A stretch of 64,000 nt of DNA from Octopus vulgaris (GCA_951406725.2 OX597820.1:69998001-70062000); one strand, 5' to 3'. Shown: positions 41,076-54,545, counted from the stretch's first letter. Made by a program: numbers and translations. The notes: generated by a model from the letters alone, not told the origin.

Positions 41076-41834
41076 TATCCTATACTACATTATCCAGAGT
41101 CATTTTAATTTTCGTTTAGAGAGATTTAGCTGCTATTTCTAGTATGTAGAGCAGCCACTTAGATGTTCCACCGTTCTAGTTTCAGTTGTTATTGTGGGTG
41201 TTATCAGAGTTTGTTATTACTGTTAATATTTCCTTTGTGTCGGTTATAAAACTTATCTTTAACATTGTTCTGTATTTTTATTATTACTATTGTTGAAAAA
41301 AAATTATCATTCCGTCATGTGTTCGAGCCCAGAGGCTGTGGCCATGCTGGAGTACCACCATTATTGGAAACTATCGCGTTTTTCTTGTTTCCTTCTTTCT
41401 TCATATCTCTTTCTCTTCATATTTCCTTATCGTTCACGGTTGTCTGGCTTTCTCTCTTCACCCTCTCTTTTGTTTTTTAGTCTCTATTTTCATTTCCCCA
41501 TCTCTCTCTCACTCTCTCTTTCATACACATACATACACACTCATACCCAAAAGCACACCTCTCTCTTTTTCTTTCTCTTATTCACTGCCTTTTGTTCTTT
41601 GAGTTTCGCTTCCTATATCTCAAACCCTCTCTTTCTCTCTTACTCTATCTGCTTCTCTCTCCCTCTCTCTCTTAGTTTGTCTGCTTTTCTCTCTCTCTCT
41701 CTTTCTTTCTCTTTATCTTTCACTTTGTCCTTCTTTCGTCTGTTATCTATATTTCACAATATTCATTCACCGTCTCCTCGTTTCTTTTCACCTTTCTTTA
41801 CCCCACTCATCAAATTGTTATCGAAACAATTGTT

Positions 41835-42157
41835 ACTACTACTACTTCTACTACTACTACTACTACTACTATAATGATATAAAGAAGATGATGATAATGA
41901 TAATAACAATAATCACAACTGACATGGTGCTCGCCACCACCACCACCACCACCACCACTACCACCACACCACTACCACCACCACTACATCTAATACTATA
42001 ATGATATAAGGAAATGATGATGATAATAATAATAATCACAACTGACATGGTGCTCACCACCATACCACCACCACTACCACCTCCACCACCACCACCACCA
42101 CCACCACCACCACCACCACCACTACTACTACTACTACTACTTCTTCTTCTTCTTCTT

Positions 42158-42190
<33 letters not shown>

Positions 42191-42196
42191 TTTCAT

Positions 42197-42245
<49 letters not shown>

Positions 42246-42295
42246 CAGCCTCAGCACTACCACCGCTGCCGCCTCCACCGCCGCCGCCACGACGG
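41835..42295. repeat. (CTA/CCA)n microsatellites with about 125-bp tandem duplication
   Basis: ataatcacaactgacatggtgctc occurs twice (about 41909 and 42032). Confidence 0.85.
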
Positions 42296-42958
42296 CAGCT
42301 ATCAGTGTCCGTATTGCTGTTATTGTTAACCTCGAAGATGCACGTGCAATGAAAACAAGTAAAAAATAAAAACTGAAACAAAAAAATCAAAAAAGTTAAA
42401 AAAAAGGTAAGAAAACAGATGTCAAAAAAAAAAAGGAAAATGAGAACAAAAAGAAAAGAATCAATAAAATTTTACTATTATCTTTCGATTAAATCATTTC
42501 CTTCGCTTCTTTCCTTCGAGAAGTGATAACTTTAAAACGATCGTTTAATTGGAGGAGACAAGTGAAGCAGCGATGAACTAAAGCAGCGAAACAGCTATCA
42601 ATTGAACGTCAAAGATTTCTGATGACTGGCCTTGAACTTTGTCTAGCCCTGGTCTGGATGGACATTACTGCTGCCTTGTAAATTGGTTCAACAAGCACGC
42701 TGACCATGTATGTAACGTCTCCTATGGTCATTACCGTATACTGCATACACTTAATAAAAAATAAAAAAAACTCAATCTCTTGCTTCGCCATTTTCCGGAC
42801 AATAAAGCAGCTTTTATTGTCTTATTTGGAATGATATTGTTGTTCTTGGTCGTGGTGGTGGTGGTGGGGTGGTGGTGAGCACTACGTTAGTTGTGATCGA
42901 GCAGACCAATGATCAAATGCGTTCCTACAATGAAACATGTATTCTAACAATTGTATTT

Positions 42959-43445
42959 AGGCGTGGCTGTGTGGTAAGTAGCTTGCTTACCAACCACATG
43001 GTTCCGGGTTCACTTCCTCTGAGTGGCTCCTCGAGCAAGTGTCTTCTACTATTGCCTTGGGCCGACCAAAGCCTTGTGAGTGAATTTGGTAGACGAAAAC
43101 TGAAAGAAGCCCGTCGTATATATGTATATACATGTGTATATAGTAAGTGTTTGTGGTTGGTGGTGTCCGAGGGGTTTTGTCCTGGTGGATTTTGTACGGA
43201 TCCCATAAATTAATTGTGACTTTTTTCCTGTGACGTTATTACCCCAACATGTTTGTCCCCCCCCCCCCGAACATCGTTTGACAACCGATGCTGGCGTGTT
43301 TACGTCCCCGTAACTTAGCGGTTCCGCAAAGAGACCGATAGACTAAGTACTAGGGTTACAAAGAATAAGTTCTGGGGGCGATTTGTTCGACTAAAGGCGG
43401 TGCTCCTGCATGGCCTCATTGAATTGACTGAAACAAATAAAAAAA
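42959..43445 (+). mobile_element. SINE family 1 with MITE-like insert
   Basis: Family 1 head and tail, with an insert at about 43142-43245. Confidence 0.85.
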
Positions 43446-43559
43446 GAAAAAAGAATATGAATGGCCCATCAATCTATGTACTGGGAAATTCCATGTGTGT
43501 GTGTGTGTGTGCGTGTGTGTGTGTGTGTGTGCGTATGTGTATGTATAGATATATATTTT

Positions 43560-43832
43560 TTTTATTGCCCACAAGGGGGTACAAACAAAGACAGACAAAG
43601 GGATTAAGTCGATTACATCGACCCCAGTGCGAAGCTGGTTCTTTATTTATCGACCACGAAAGGACGAAAGGCAAAGTCGACCTCGGCGGAATTTGAACTC
43701 AGAACGTAAAGGCAGACGAAATACGGTTACGCATTTCGCCCGGCGTGCTAACGATTTTGCGCAGGAATGGCTGTGTAGTAGGTAACTTGCTTACCAACCA
43801 CATGGTTCCGTGTTCAGTCCCATTGCGTGGTA
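43560..43832. mobile_element. SINE family 2 (-) joined head-to-head to a family 1 head (+)
   Basis: Family 2 at 43560-43758, family 1 head at 43759-43832. Confidence 0.75.
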
Positions 43833-44202
43833 CCCATGGTCATTTGTGACCACCGGAGTCGAGAGTTATATATATATATATATATATAACTTTTACTTTT
43901 CATCTTTCACTTGTTAAATTTATTGGTTTGCGACCATGCTGGGGCACCACTTTCATGGGTTTAATCGGGCAAAGCCAAGCATTCAAGTATACACTTATTG
44001 AAGATCAGCTGTTACAAACTCAATCACAGACCAACTTCCTGCAATAAAGTGACTAAAAAAATAATAGAAAATAAGTTAAGGCGGTGCTCAAGCATGGCTG
44101 CCGTCCTATGATTGAAACTATTAAAAGAACAAAAGAAAAGTATTTACTTTTTTTATAAATGTGGTACTTATTCTATTGGTATAAATCGATAGATTATGTA
44201 GC

Positions 44203-44372
44203 AGGCATGGCTGTGTGGTAAGAAGATTGCTTCCTAACCACATGGTTCCAGGTTCAGTCCCACTGCGTGGCACCTTGGACAAGTGTCTTCTGCTATAGCC
44301 TCGGGCCGGCCAAAGCCTAGTGAGTGGATTTGGTTGACGGAAACTGAAAGAAGCCCGTTGTATATATATATT

Positions 44373-44430
<58 letters not shown>

Positions 44431-44645
44431 TGTGTGTATTTGTGTGTTTGTGTTTGTCCTCCCACCATCGTTTGAAAACCGATGTTGGTGTGTTTACGAT
44501 CTAGCGTGGTTCGGTAAAAGAGACCGATAGAATAAGTACTAGGCTTGCAAAGAATAAGTCCTTGGATCGTTTCGTTTGACTAAATGCGGTGTCTCCGCAT
44601 GGCCGCAGTCAAATGACTGAAACAAGTAAAAGAATAAAAGAATAA
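44203..44645 (+). mobile_element. SINE family 1, full length
   Basis: Match to family 1. Confidence 0.9.
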
Positions 44646-44807
44646 AGGAATGACAAAAGATTTCTCTATTTTAAAAGATGCTGGTACCATTATTCCAAAT
44701 TCTGATGTGTTGTAGTTTGTGCGCATGTTATCTCGTTGTACACATCTTTGTGGGCACTCTGCATTGCCCTCTTGATACAAGAGACTGATGTGTTGTAAAG
44801 CGCTGAG

Positions 44808-45146
44808 CAGTGGCGGACTAGATCTAAAAATATTGGTTGCCAGGAAACTAAGGGGGCGCACCCGTAACTACAACGGGGCCCACCTGCAACTAGAAGGAGG
44901 CCCACCCGCAACTACAATGCTATCGTTTTTTTTTTCTTCTTTTCTCTTAAAAATATTCTTTTCAACTGTCTACAAACACAACCAGGCTGAAATAATTAAT
45001 GCATTCTTGCAGGCGTGAATTTAAAAATTCCAAACTTGAAGGGATGGGCGCTTTAGATACTAACATGGGCCCCCATATATGGATTCTAATGGCACAGGGG
45101 CCCACTTGCCATCGGGCAAGCTGGCAACCTGGCCAGTCTGCTACTA
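44808..45146. mobile_element. hAT-type MITE
   Basis: TIRs cagtggcggactag / ccagtctgctacta. 8-bp TSD gcgctgag (44800-44807) / gcgttgag (45147-45154). Subterminal ggg(g)ccc motifs. Confidence 0.75.
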
Positions 45147-45306
45147 GCGTTGAGTATGAGAATTTTAGCTGCTTCTGATTCAATAATGCATGCGCATCCT
45201 CGTATGACTGGAGTGAAAGCAATGATTTATCAACTTTAGTTTCTCCATGTTTTACTTCCATACCGAAATACTATTTATATTCTATGTACATAAATAGTGC
45301 TAGAAA

Positions 45307-45821
45307 TAGAATATAACTAACTAACTATCCGCTCAGTCGAAGTCGACTCTCGGTTACTCGATGGATCAGTCTTCTCCAGTCAGTTCTATCCTGTGTCGCT
45401 TCTTTCAGATTGGCCATGGCCATTCCCATATCACTCTTGATGGTGTCAAGCCAGCGGGTTCTTGGTCGGCCTCTTCCTCTCTTGCCACTGACCATTCCAA
45501 GTATGATATCTTTCTCCAGGGATTTTCTCCGCATAATATGACCAAAATATGCCAATCTATGCTTGGTGATCCTAGCTTCCAGTGACAGTTTCGGCTTGAT
45601 CTGGTAAAGAACTTCTCCATTGGTGAACCCCGCTGTACATGGAATCCGTAAAAGTCTTCTCCAACCCCAAAGCTTGAATGCATTAATTCTCTTCTAGTCA
45701 GCTTTCTTCAGTGTCCAGGTCTCGCATCCATATGTTGCTATTGGGAAGACGATCGCATTCACCAATCTGCATTTGGTAGCAAGGCTGATGTCTACTCTTC
45801 CAGACCTTGCTCATGCTGACT
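45307..45821 (-). mobile_element. 5'-truncated RTE-clade LINE
   Basis: YGCETWTL and YFGHIMRRKSLEKDIILGMVSGKRGRGRPRTRWLD. (TTAG)n tail. 17-bp TSD ataaatagtgctagaaa at 45290-45306 and 45822-45838. Confidence 0.9.
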
Positions 45822-46378
45822 ATAAATAGTGCTAGAAAACTTGATAGTTTTGCAACGGTGGTAAAGTCTGTGGTAGTGTTGTTATATATCGAAACTTAAG
45901 TCTGTGCGGTTACAGATTTTGGTATCCAGCTGTGTTAGAGAAGTGAGCATATGTCAACGGTTTTCTTTGAAGTAGAACGGTAACTGGCACAAGAGACGGA
46001 TAATTGTTAAAGTATACTCTTTTATGATATCCTTATCCTTAAATGTTCTTTTTTATTTTCCTAAAATTCCAGACAAGTCTGTGGTTAAAGATCGAATGAA
46101 TATGCGGTTTCTTTATCCTTTATTTTTTATTTCCCTTAATGTATTTGTAATTCTTTGTATTTCTTTGGTCTTCTTTGTCGGTCGAATACTAAAAATATTT
46201 TAGTACGGGTATAAAGTGTGAAAAATCTGAAGATGGTACAGCAGTGCTTTGACTCTGGTCACCCGCCGATGCGCATGTGCGAAGCATGTACAAATCATGT
46301 ACGAAACAATTATAACGAATCATCAAAGGTATGTTAAAGAATTTCTTTGTCTTCCTATTTGGATTGTGTGTGTGTGTG

Positions 46379-46443
<65 letters not shown>

Positions 46444-46469
46444 CATGATATATACTACTATCATCGACT

Positions 46470-46965
46470 TGCTCTTTTACTCTTTCACTCTTTTACTTGT
46501 TTCAGTCAGTTGACTGTGGCCATGCTGTAGCACCGCCTTTAGTCAGGCAAATCGATCCGGAGACTTATTCTTNNNNNNNNNNNNNNNNNNNNNNNNNNNN
46601 NNNNNNNNNNNNNNNNNNNNNNNNNNNNNNNNNNNNNNNNNNNNNNNNNNNNNNNNNNNNNNNNNNNNNNNNTGTAAGCCTAGTACTTATTATATCGGCT
46701 TCTTTTGCCGAACCGCTAAGTTACGGGGACGTAAACACACCGGCATCGGTTGTCACGCGATGTTGGGGAGACAAACACACACATATAAATATACATATAT
46801 ACGATGGGCTTCTTTCAGTTTCCGTCTACCAAATCGACTCACAAGGCTTTGGTCAGCCCGAGGCTATAGTAGAAGGCACTTGCGCAAGGTGCCACGCCGT
46901 GGGACTGAACCCGGAACTATGTGGTTGGTAAGGAAGCTTCTTAACACACAGCCACTCCTACGCCT
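46470..46965 (-). mobile_element. SINE family 1 spanning the assembly gap
   Basis: Family 1 sequence on both sides of the N run. Confidence 0.85.
46573..46672. other. Assembly gap (100 N)
   Basis: Run of N. Confidence 1.
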
Positions 46966-46980
46966 AGTTGCAACTACGAC

Positions 46981-47626
46981 TTAGTTGCAATACAGACTGA
47001 TCTGTGACTCGAAATTGTAATCGATGGGATTCTTTTCGTACCAATGAAATCTGTGAACAACCCGCCACTTTTAACACTACAACATATCTTTACTTCACTA
47101 CAAAGCAAACATCTACTTTGTGATATCAACGAAACACCAGATTCTAAGAAAGTAAGCAACAGTGAGATGTTATGAAGTTGCAAGTTTATACAAGACATTA
47201 CCAACAGCCATATTTCACTGAGAATTAATTGAAAAACTGGCAGGATAGCGGTTTATGTAATAAAAAATTTATAGAGACGTTTACTCTATGTATAATATTG
47301 AAATACGTATATACTATGGCTATCGTTTTAGTTGCTATAGAAACGGATCCATGATTCGAAATTATAATCGATGGAAATTTTATGCCAGTGGAATCTGTGA
47401 ACTAGTCACCACTTGTAGCTTTACAATATATCCTTATTTGACTTCAGAGCAAACATCCACTTTGAGAAATCAACAGAGCACTAGATTCTAAGAATATAAG
47501 CAACAGTGACGTGTTATGAAAGCTGCAAGTTTATACTAAACATAACCAGCAGCCATTTTTCGCTGACAATTAATTGAAAAACTGGCAGGATAATGGTCGA
47601 TGTAATAATAATTTTATAGAGACGTT
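46981..47626. repeat. Diverged tandem duplication, period about 346 bp
   Basis: 46981-47281 aligns with 47327-47626, e.g. aattaattgaaaaactggcaggata occurs in both. Confidence 0.85.
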
Positions 47627-49013
47627 GCTTCCGGCCAAAAAGAAAGCTTACCTAATAGTCTCCGGGTTCATATCTACATTACACAAACATAATATCTAAT
47701 TCTTAAAATGTATTAAATGCTTGAACTAGAGACTGCCTTTCTAGTTGACTGCTTCAAACATACAAACAATTTAGTCAGGATTTAGACAAGCTGTCTTCCA
47801 TATAATTCATGCATATTCTCTATCGCCACCTCTCTCTATTTCTCTCTCTCTCTCTCTTCCTCCCTCTCTCTTCCTCCCTCTGTTTCTTTTAATTCTTTCT
47901 TTCTTTCTTCCATTATTTATATATTTATTACGTTGTATATTCCAATTTCTTCCTCTTTTTTGCCCATTTATCTATCACTTTCCAACTTCCTACTCCTCCC
48001 CTCTTCCGCCGCCTCCTCCTCCTCCTCCCATCTGTCTTTCGTTTTGCTTTCTACTCTTATGTAATCTTTATAGCAGGGAAATTTTATTTTATACACACAT
48101 ACGCAAACACACACACAGAGGCACATATGCACACATAATATACATATCTATATCATGCATAATATGCATATATACATATACATATGTTCATATATACATA
48201 TAGAAATATGTAAATACACATGTATATATACGTCTATATTTATATACATGTATACACATAAATGTATCTGCATGTATACGTATGTGTATATGCGTGAGTG
48301 TACGTGTGTATGTATATATAGCAAGGCGTGCGCTGAATAATAGAAACAAGGCTCATTGAATTGCAGTATTTCGTTACATTTTTTGCATGTACTTTCTGAG
48401 TTAAAATCCAGCCAAATGACCGTGAATGTGTTTTGCTTCTCATTTCCCCCAGAACTAGTGAAATAAATACCAGTTATACTCTCATACTGATCATATTGAA
48501 TATAACTTGCTTTAGAATGGTGTAGCCTTTGTGGCACTATTTTATATCTTAGCCTCGTACCTGTGAAGAATGACAGAGCTTACTTCTTTTTGTCAGTGAA
48601 TTTGCTTTATTGATAAAAGTACATCTTATCCTGATGACGGTGTTTCGGCATGGTTTAGCTCCTTCAGTGATAAACGCCACCTCGGTCATTTTGATCATGG
48701 CCAAAACTTTTATCTATAGGGCGGAATTTTTCTCTGTAACAAAACCAGCAGTGAATGCTTTTCACGCCCTAGTGTGCAGAGGCCTGGTAAAAATAAATGT
48801 ACTCATCTTTATTTCGGTTGTCGCAGCTTAGAATGTTTACGCTGAATTAAATCTAGTTTGGCAATCCTCAGCGCATAGCTAGCATTCGTTTTTTTGTTTT
48901 CTATGCTCGAGCAGAAGTTCAAGCCTAACTCCAAATTACTAACATTGTATACCTCTGAGGAGAGGAAACAAACAAACACACACACACACACACACACACA
49001 TACACACACACAG

Positions 49014-49104
<91 letters not shown>

Positions 49105-50430
49105 TAATAGATAGATATATACATACATACATGCATACATACATACATACATACATACATACATACATACATACATACATACATACATACATGATAGATA
49201 GATAGATAAATAGACAGACAGACAGATAGATACTTTTCGGTAAGGAATTGTCAACTTAAGTAGACATTCAGCAATAACGTTTGTTTCTATTTTCAAATCA
49301 CTGCTGAAACAGCATAAATACCCGTGCAAAAGCATGAATATCTCCACATCCTTTTCTCATTACACGGATATTTAAAGTATGGAACCTATGTACAGAAATT
49401 CCTTCAATATCGACATAAAGTAAGAGTTAAATATCCTTTAAGACGAACCAAAACCGTGGAGGTATAGAAATTAGCCAGCCAAGAATTTGTTGGAGTTAAC
49501 ATTAAGCTTTCGAGAAAGCCACGAAAATCACAAAACTATAATTTTTCTTATCCACAAAACAGTAACAAGGTGTCTTATCATGAAATATATCGTGGTACGC
49601 AACATGAGTGAATACGAAATTAAAACCCTTTCCCTTCACTGGGGTATGCACATATAATGTTTTTACTATCATTACGAACGTCACAATACCCTCAGATTCT
49701 ATGAATCTAAGGCTTATTGTAAAATTGCAATAAATTGAGAAGGTTTTATAGAACAGTTTTTGAGTAAGTGATGAAAACTTAAACCAGTGAAAGATGTGAG
49801 TTGACAGCAAAAGAACATAAATTATGGGATTGGGTGCTTACCATTCCTTACAATCTAGAACCAGAAACTAGAATTATATATCAAATGTGCCGAGAGACGA
49901 TATACAAACAGATACCGTCAAGATGGTTTGTATGCCCAAGTGACTCTCGAAAGTCATTAAGCCCTAACAGAGCTGTGTCCAGTTAAAGGGGCTGTTATAA
50001 AATTCGTGAGACTAGTGGTGCGGGCAAAAGGCTACACGCGGTAGTTTTTCATTTGAAGAACTACGGACTAGCGTTTCTAATACGGGGAATGTCGAGTTGC
50101 ATGTAAGATACCCTGAAATGACTAAGGCGGTGGACGAGGATTATAAGTGCTTTTAATTTTCATGCTATGTTTAATTTTTCTGTTAAGATATATTTTATTT
50201 TAATTCTATAGAGTTATATTAAATATTTAATTTATATCTGCAACCATGCTTTTATAAACTTTTAATTTGTTCTCTTTTTTTTTATTGTGTGCCTTTCACA
50301 CCTCACTGCGACCTTATATTATTTGTGTGTTTGTATTTGTAAGTTTTGTACAGTTTTTTATATTGTTTTAGTGCATCTTTTTGTCTTTCATCACTAATAA
50401 AGAAAATTATCATCATCTTCATCGTATATG

Positions 50431-50511
<81 letters not shown>

Positions 50512-50514
50512 AAA

Positions 50515-50855
50515 TGAAAGAATGAATAGAACCAAAAGTAAGATGGAGTACGATTCGACAGCTTTTTAATGACCACTACAAATGTTTCGATTCAACATAG
50601 ATCCACATATGTACAGGATTTAAATTTAAATCCTGTACATATGTGGATCTATGTTGTATCGAAACATTTGTAGTGGTCATTAAAAATCTGCCGAATCGTA
50701 CTCCATCTTACTGTTAGCTCTATTTATTTTTCACTGACGAAAAGCGCCTAAACCTACAATTGGTAGTATGCCATAATACTGCTGGGTGTCTGGTAATTCT
50801 AAGGGTGAACGAGCTCTGTTTTGTTCTCTAATACGTTCTTAACGGGATACACCTC

Positions 50856-50860
<5 letters not shown>
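50515..50860 (+). mobile_element. PLE-derived fold-back element
   Basis: Loop-less palindrome 50537-50712 (88-bp arms) containing an HHR 3' half (GAAAC-ATTT-GTA-GTGGTC, 50661-50678). An isolated CTGACGA lies at about 50734. The element ends in (TA)n. Confidence 0.6.
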
Positions 50861-50946
<86 letters not shown>

Positions 50947-50947
<1 letters not shown>

Positions 50948-51735
50948 CATGGCTTGGCTTCGCGAACGAAGATCAGGAAGGCTGTCCACGTCACGTGCAT
51001 GCACGCTCATGACTGACAAGTCCGATATGGGAAAGACAGGTCCGTGAGCAGTGTCTACAGACGAAGGTAACATCCGGTGTGGTATCAGAGGCGGCTCGCA
51101 CCTTCCTCCTGCGTCTCTTGTCTTTAAGTGCGTCTCTTCTTTATTCCTCAAACTTGCTGACTGCGTTGAAGATCGTGTGGCGCCAGACGTCACGGTCCAC
51201 AGCCAGGTCTGACCAGTATTGGTGGTTAATATGACATGCTGTTAGAGATTTCTTGAGGCAGTCTTTGTAGCGCTTCCTCGGAGCTCCTCTCACTCGGTGG
51301 CCGGTGGAGAGTTCGCCAAACAGGGCAATCTTGGGAAGGCGATAGTTCTCCATTCTGGAGACATGCCCTGCCCATCGGAGGTGGTACTTCAGTAGCATGG
51401 CTTCAATGCTGGGGATCTCGACTCGCTCCAAGACTTCAATGTTTGTGACGAAGTCACTCCAGTGAATGTTGAGGATGGTGCGGAGACATCGCCGGTGGAA
51501 GCGCTCGAGGAGACGGATGTGATTGCGGTAAGTGATCCAGGTCTCTGAGCCATAGAGAAGAGTGGTGGGAACCACGGCCCTGTAGACACTGATCTTTGTT
51601 TTGTTCTTCAGATTATTATTGTGCTAAACACGTTTGTACAATCTGCCAAAGGACCTATTTGCCTTGGAGAGTCTATTTTCAATTTCTTTGTCGATCATTG
51701 CATCGAATGAGATGATGCATCCCAGGTATGTAAAA
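50947..51735 (-). mobile_element. 5'-truncated RTE-clade LINE with C-terminal zinc-finger remnant
   Basis: LLYGSETW...RFHRRCLRTILNIHWSDFVTN...LRWAGHVSRM...RGAPRKRYKD, then RIGLVSHERAC. 3' end tcttcgttcgcgaagccaagccatga. Confidence 0.92.
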
Positions 51736-52440
51736 TGTAAAATGCCCAAGTATGTAAACCTACATACAATTAGTAGTACACCATAATACTGCTGGGTGTC
51801 TGGTAATTCTAAGGGTGAACGAGCTCTGTTTTGTTCTCTAATACGTTCTTAATGGAATACACCTCAATTACATATATATATGCATGTATGTATATATATA
51901 TATATATATATATACATACATACAAATTTATGTATATACACATACATATGCATGCACCCATACACATGTGCACACACACACACACATACACATTCCCATT
52001 CCGTCCACGCACATACGCCAACACATACACACACACACACACAACGACACTCACCCATTCATACAGGTACACCCACCCATTCCTATAGCTGTGAGCCTCT
52101 CAGAACGACATTAACACACACGCACAAAGGTCCTACCACACACTCACAGACTGTGCACACAAACACAAGCACACACACACACAGAGAGTTAATACCATAC
52201 ACATGCCACCACACGCTACCATACATATACACGCTACCACACACACAGACGCTAACACACGCACTGACACTAACACACACACACACACACAAACATAGTG
52301 ACCATTTTTACACTCTCCTGTCCCAGAAAGCACTTTCGCTTCATTCCTTCTACTTCCCGTGACTTCAGAAATGTAACCGCACGTGATTGTTGGCGATTCC
52401 CCCCCCCTGCCTTTCGTCCTGGACTTCCCTGTTTTTCCTG

Positions 52441-52473
52441 CTTCCGAGGAAGAGCTATGCTCGAAACGTAAAA
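52441..52473 (+). ncRNA. Minimal hammerhead-like motif in probable PLE remnant (about 52300-52590)
   Basis: tt-CCGAGGA-a-GAGC tat GCTC-GAAA-C-GTA-aa. One core change, short stem I. Confidence 0.5.
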
Positions 52474-52602
52474 CTACTGCTCTTTTCTCTTTCTGAGCGT
52501 CTTATTAATACATTGCTTGTACAACGCCCTCACGTTTGTTTGATTTTTCTTTTTCTTTTACTCTGTGTTTTTTTAATTCGTAATTTACTATATATGCATA
52601 TA

Positions 52603-53796
52603 TTGTGTCATCTCATAAATAATGCGGCTTTTTCAATTACATAAACTAAAAATCGGAGGGGGTGGCATAAAATAATTGCATCAGCTTGCTATAAAAGCGG
52701 GTAGTAATTTTACTTTGTGTTTATTCTTAGTGCAAGTTTTGAAGAGTGTAGTTCGATTTTAACAGCTATTTTTTCAAAGCTATAAAGGAAGTGACAAAGG
52801 AGCATATTCAATATATATTACTTCATGAGCCCAATAAAGGCAACGACGCAACGGAGAGTGCGAGGAATATTAATGCAGTATATGGAGATCGAACAATAAG
52901 CGTAATTCAGTGTCAACGGTGGTTCTAGAAATTTCGAGTTGGAAATTACAGCCTAAATAACGAGCCTCGTTCTGGAAGATCTCAAGAGCTCGACGAGGAC
53001 GTCTTGCAAATCCTGGGGGAACAAAACCCCATCATAACTGTTGAGGAACTAAGAGAGAAGCTTGGATTTGGTCATTTAACCATTCATCGACACCTGAGTG
53101 CCATCGGAAAAGTCAGCAAATTGTGTCAATGTGTTTCTCAAACTTTCTAAATGTAATCGCGCGCAGAGAATGAATGCCTTTTTCGACCGAACAGTGACTG
53201 ATGACGAGAAATGGGTTCTCTATAAAAATGTCAAGCGCCGAAGATAGTGGGTAGGGAAAGGAGAAACACCGCACCCCAGGCTAGAGAAGGTCTTCACGCA
53301 CGTAAAGTATTATCTGTTTGGTGGGATATGAAAGGTTTAGTCCACTTTCAACTTTTAAACTCAAACCAAATTATAACAAAGGTGATCTATTGTGAGCATC
53401 TTGAGTGGCTTAAGTGAGCGCTAGAAGAAAAACGACCATCTTTGGTTTGAAGACGAATATGCTCGGCTGCATACAGCGAGGATGATATTCCAAAGGCTGG
53501 AGCAGTTTGAATGGGAAACGATGCCCTACCCATCATATTCACCAGACATTGCCCCATCTGAGTATCATTTATTCCGCAGTCTTCAAAATCATTTGGATGG
53601 TAAAAATATGAATTCTGTAGACGAGGTCTGAACAGTACTGGAAGAGTATTTTGGAAGAGGAGCCTTGCATGTCTACCAGATAGATGGAAGAGTATTGTGG
53701 AAAATGAAGAGAGTATATTTTAGATTCAAAGAACTTTATTATCTTAATTTTGAAAAATAAAAGTATAAAAACCGCATTATTTATGGGATGACCCAA
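52603..53796 (+). mobile_element. Near full-length decayed mariner transposon
   Basis: TIRs ttgtgtcatctcataaataatgcgg / ccgcattatttatgggatgacccaa with TA on both sides. Transposase motifs VTDDEKWVLYKN and YPSYSPDIAPSEYHLF, with many stops and deletions. Confidence 0.92.
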
Positions 53797-54084
53797 TATA
53801 TATATATATATAAGTTTTAAAATATACTGTAAATGCACAAATGAAAAACAGACACAGAATGGCAAGCTAAAAATGATACAGTAAATATGAGTAAATATTT
53901 GAGTAAAGCGTTGCCTTCTGATCGTTATTGTCGAGTAAACTTGTTTCTGAAACGTTTCTGTATAGAGCCATCGCAAGAGATACAAGATGAGTCCTCTATT
54001 ATCATAGCTAACATAAATGACAATGGTTAGCGCCCAATGAATAGGGAGAATCCAACCCCCAACTAAGACTACACCCGAATATAG

Positions 54085-54545
54085 AAATGCCATTTGTTTC
54101 GTAGGATGTGAAGGGTGTCGACTATTATGAAGTATTAAACCAAAATGAAACAGTTAATGCACAGAAGTATTATCGTCAGTTAGAAGCATTGTATAAAAGA
54201 TTTGCAGAATCAGAGTCCCTCATTGGTAAATCGTAAAAGTGCGTTGCTCTTATGCGATAATACACGACCGCGTGTTGACCAAGTCATTCAGTAGAATGTT
54301 ATGACATTAAATACGGAAGTTTTTCCTCGTCCTCCCTACTCTCCTGTCCTTGCTGCATCTGACTATCATTTTTTCAGATCATTGTAGCGTTATTTAGAAG
54401 GGAACCAGTTTATTAATTGTGAAGAAGCAGAAATTAATATTGTTCCTTTGTTTTGAAACATGAAACTTTTTCGTCGTAGTGATCAACAATTATTTACATA
54501 TATGGAATATTATCAATAATGAGGGGGAATATTAATTTGGACCAA
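54085..54545 (+). pseudogene. Older mariner transposase fragment, different subfamily
   Basis: ETVNAQKYYRQL, CDNTRPRV and PPYSPVLAASDYHFFRSL motifs. Confidence 0.75.

Noticed and set aside
49500-50140. Complex sequence with short ORFs (49502-49810, 49801-49986)
   Set aside because: No identifiable motif. It may be an ancient TE but cannot be supported.
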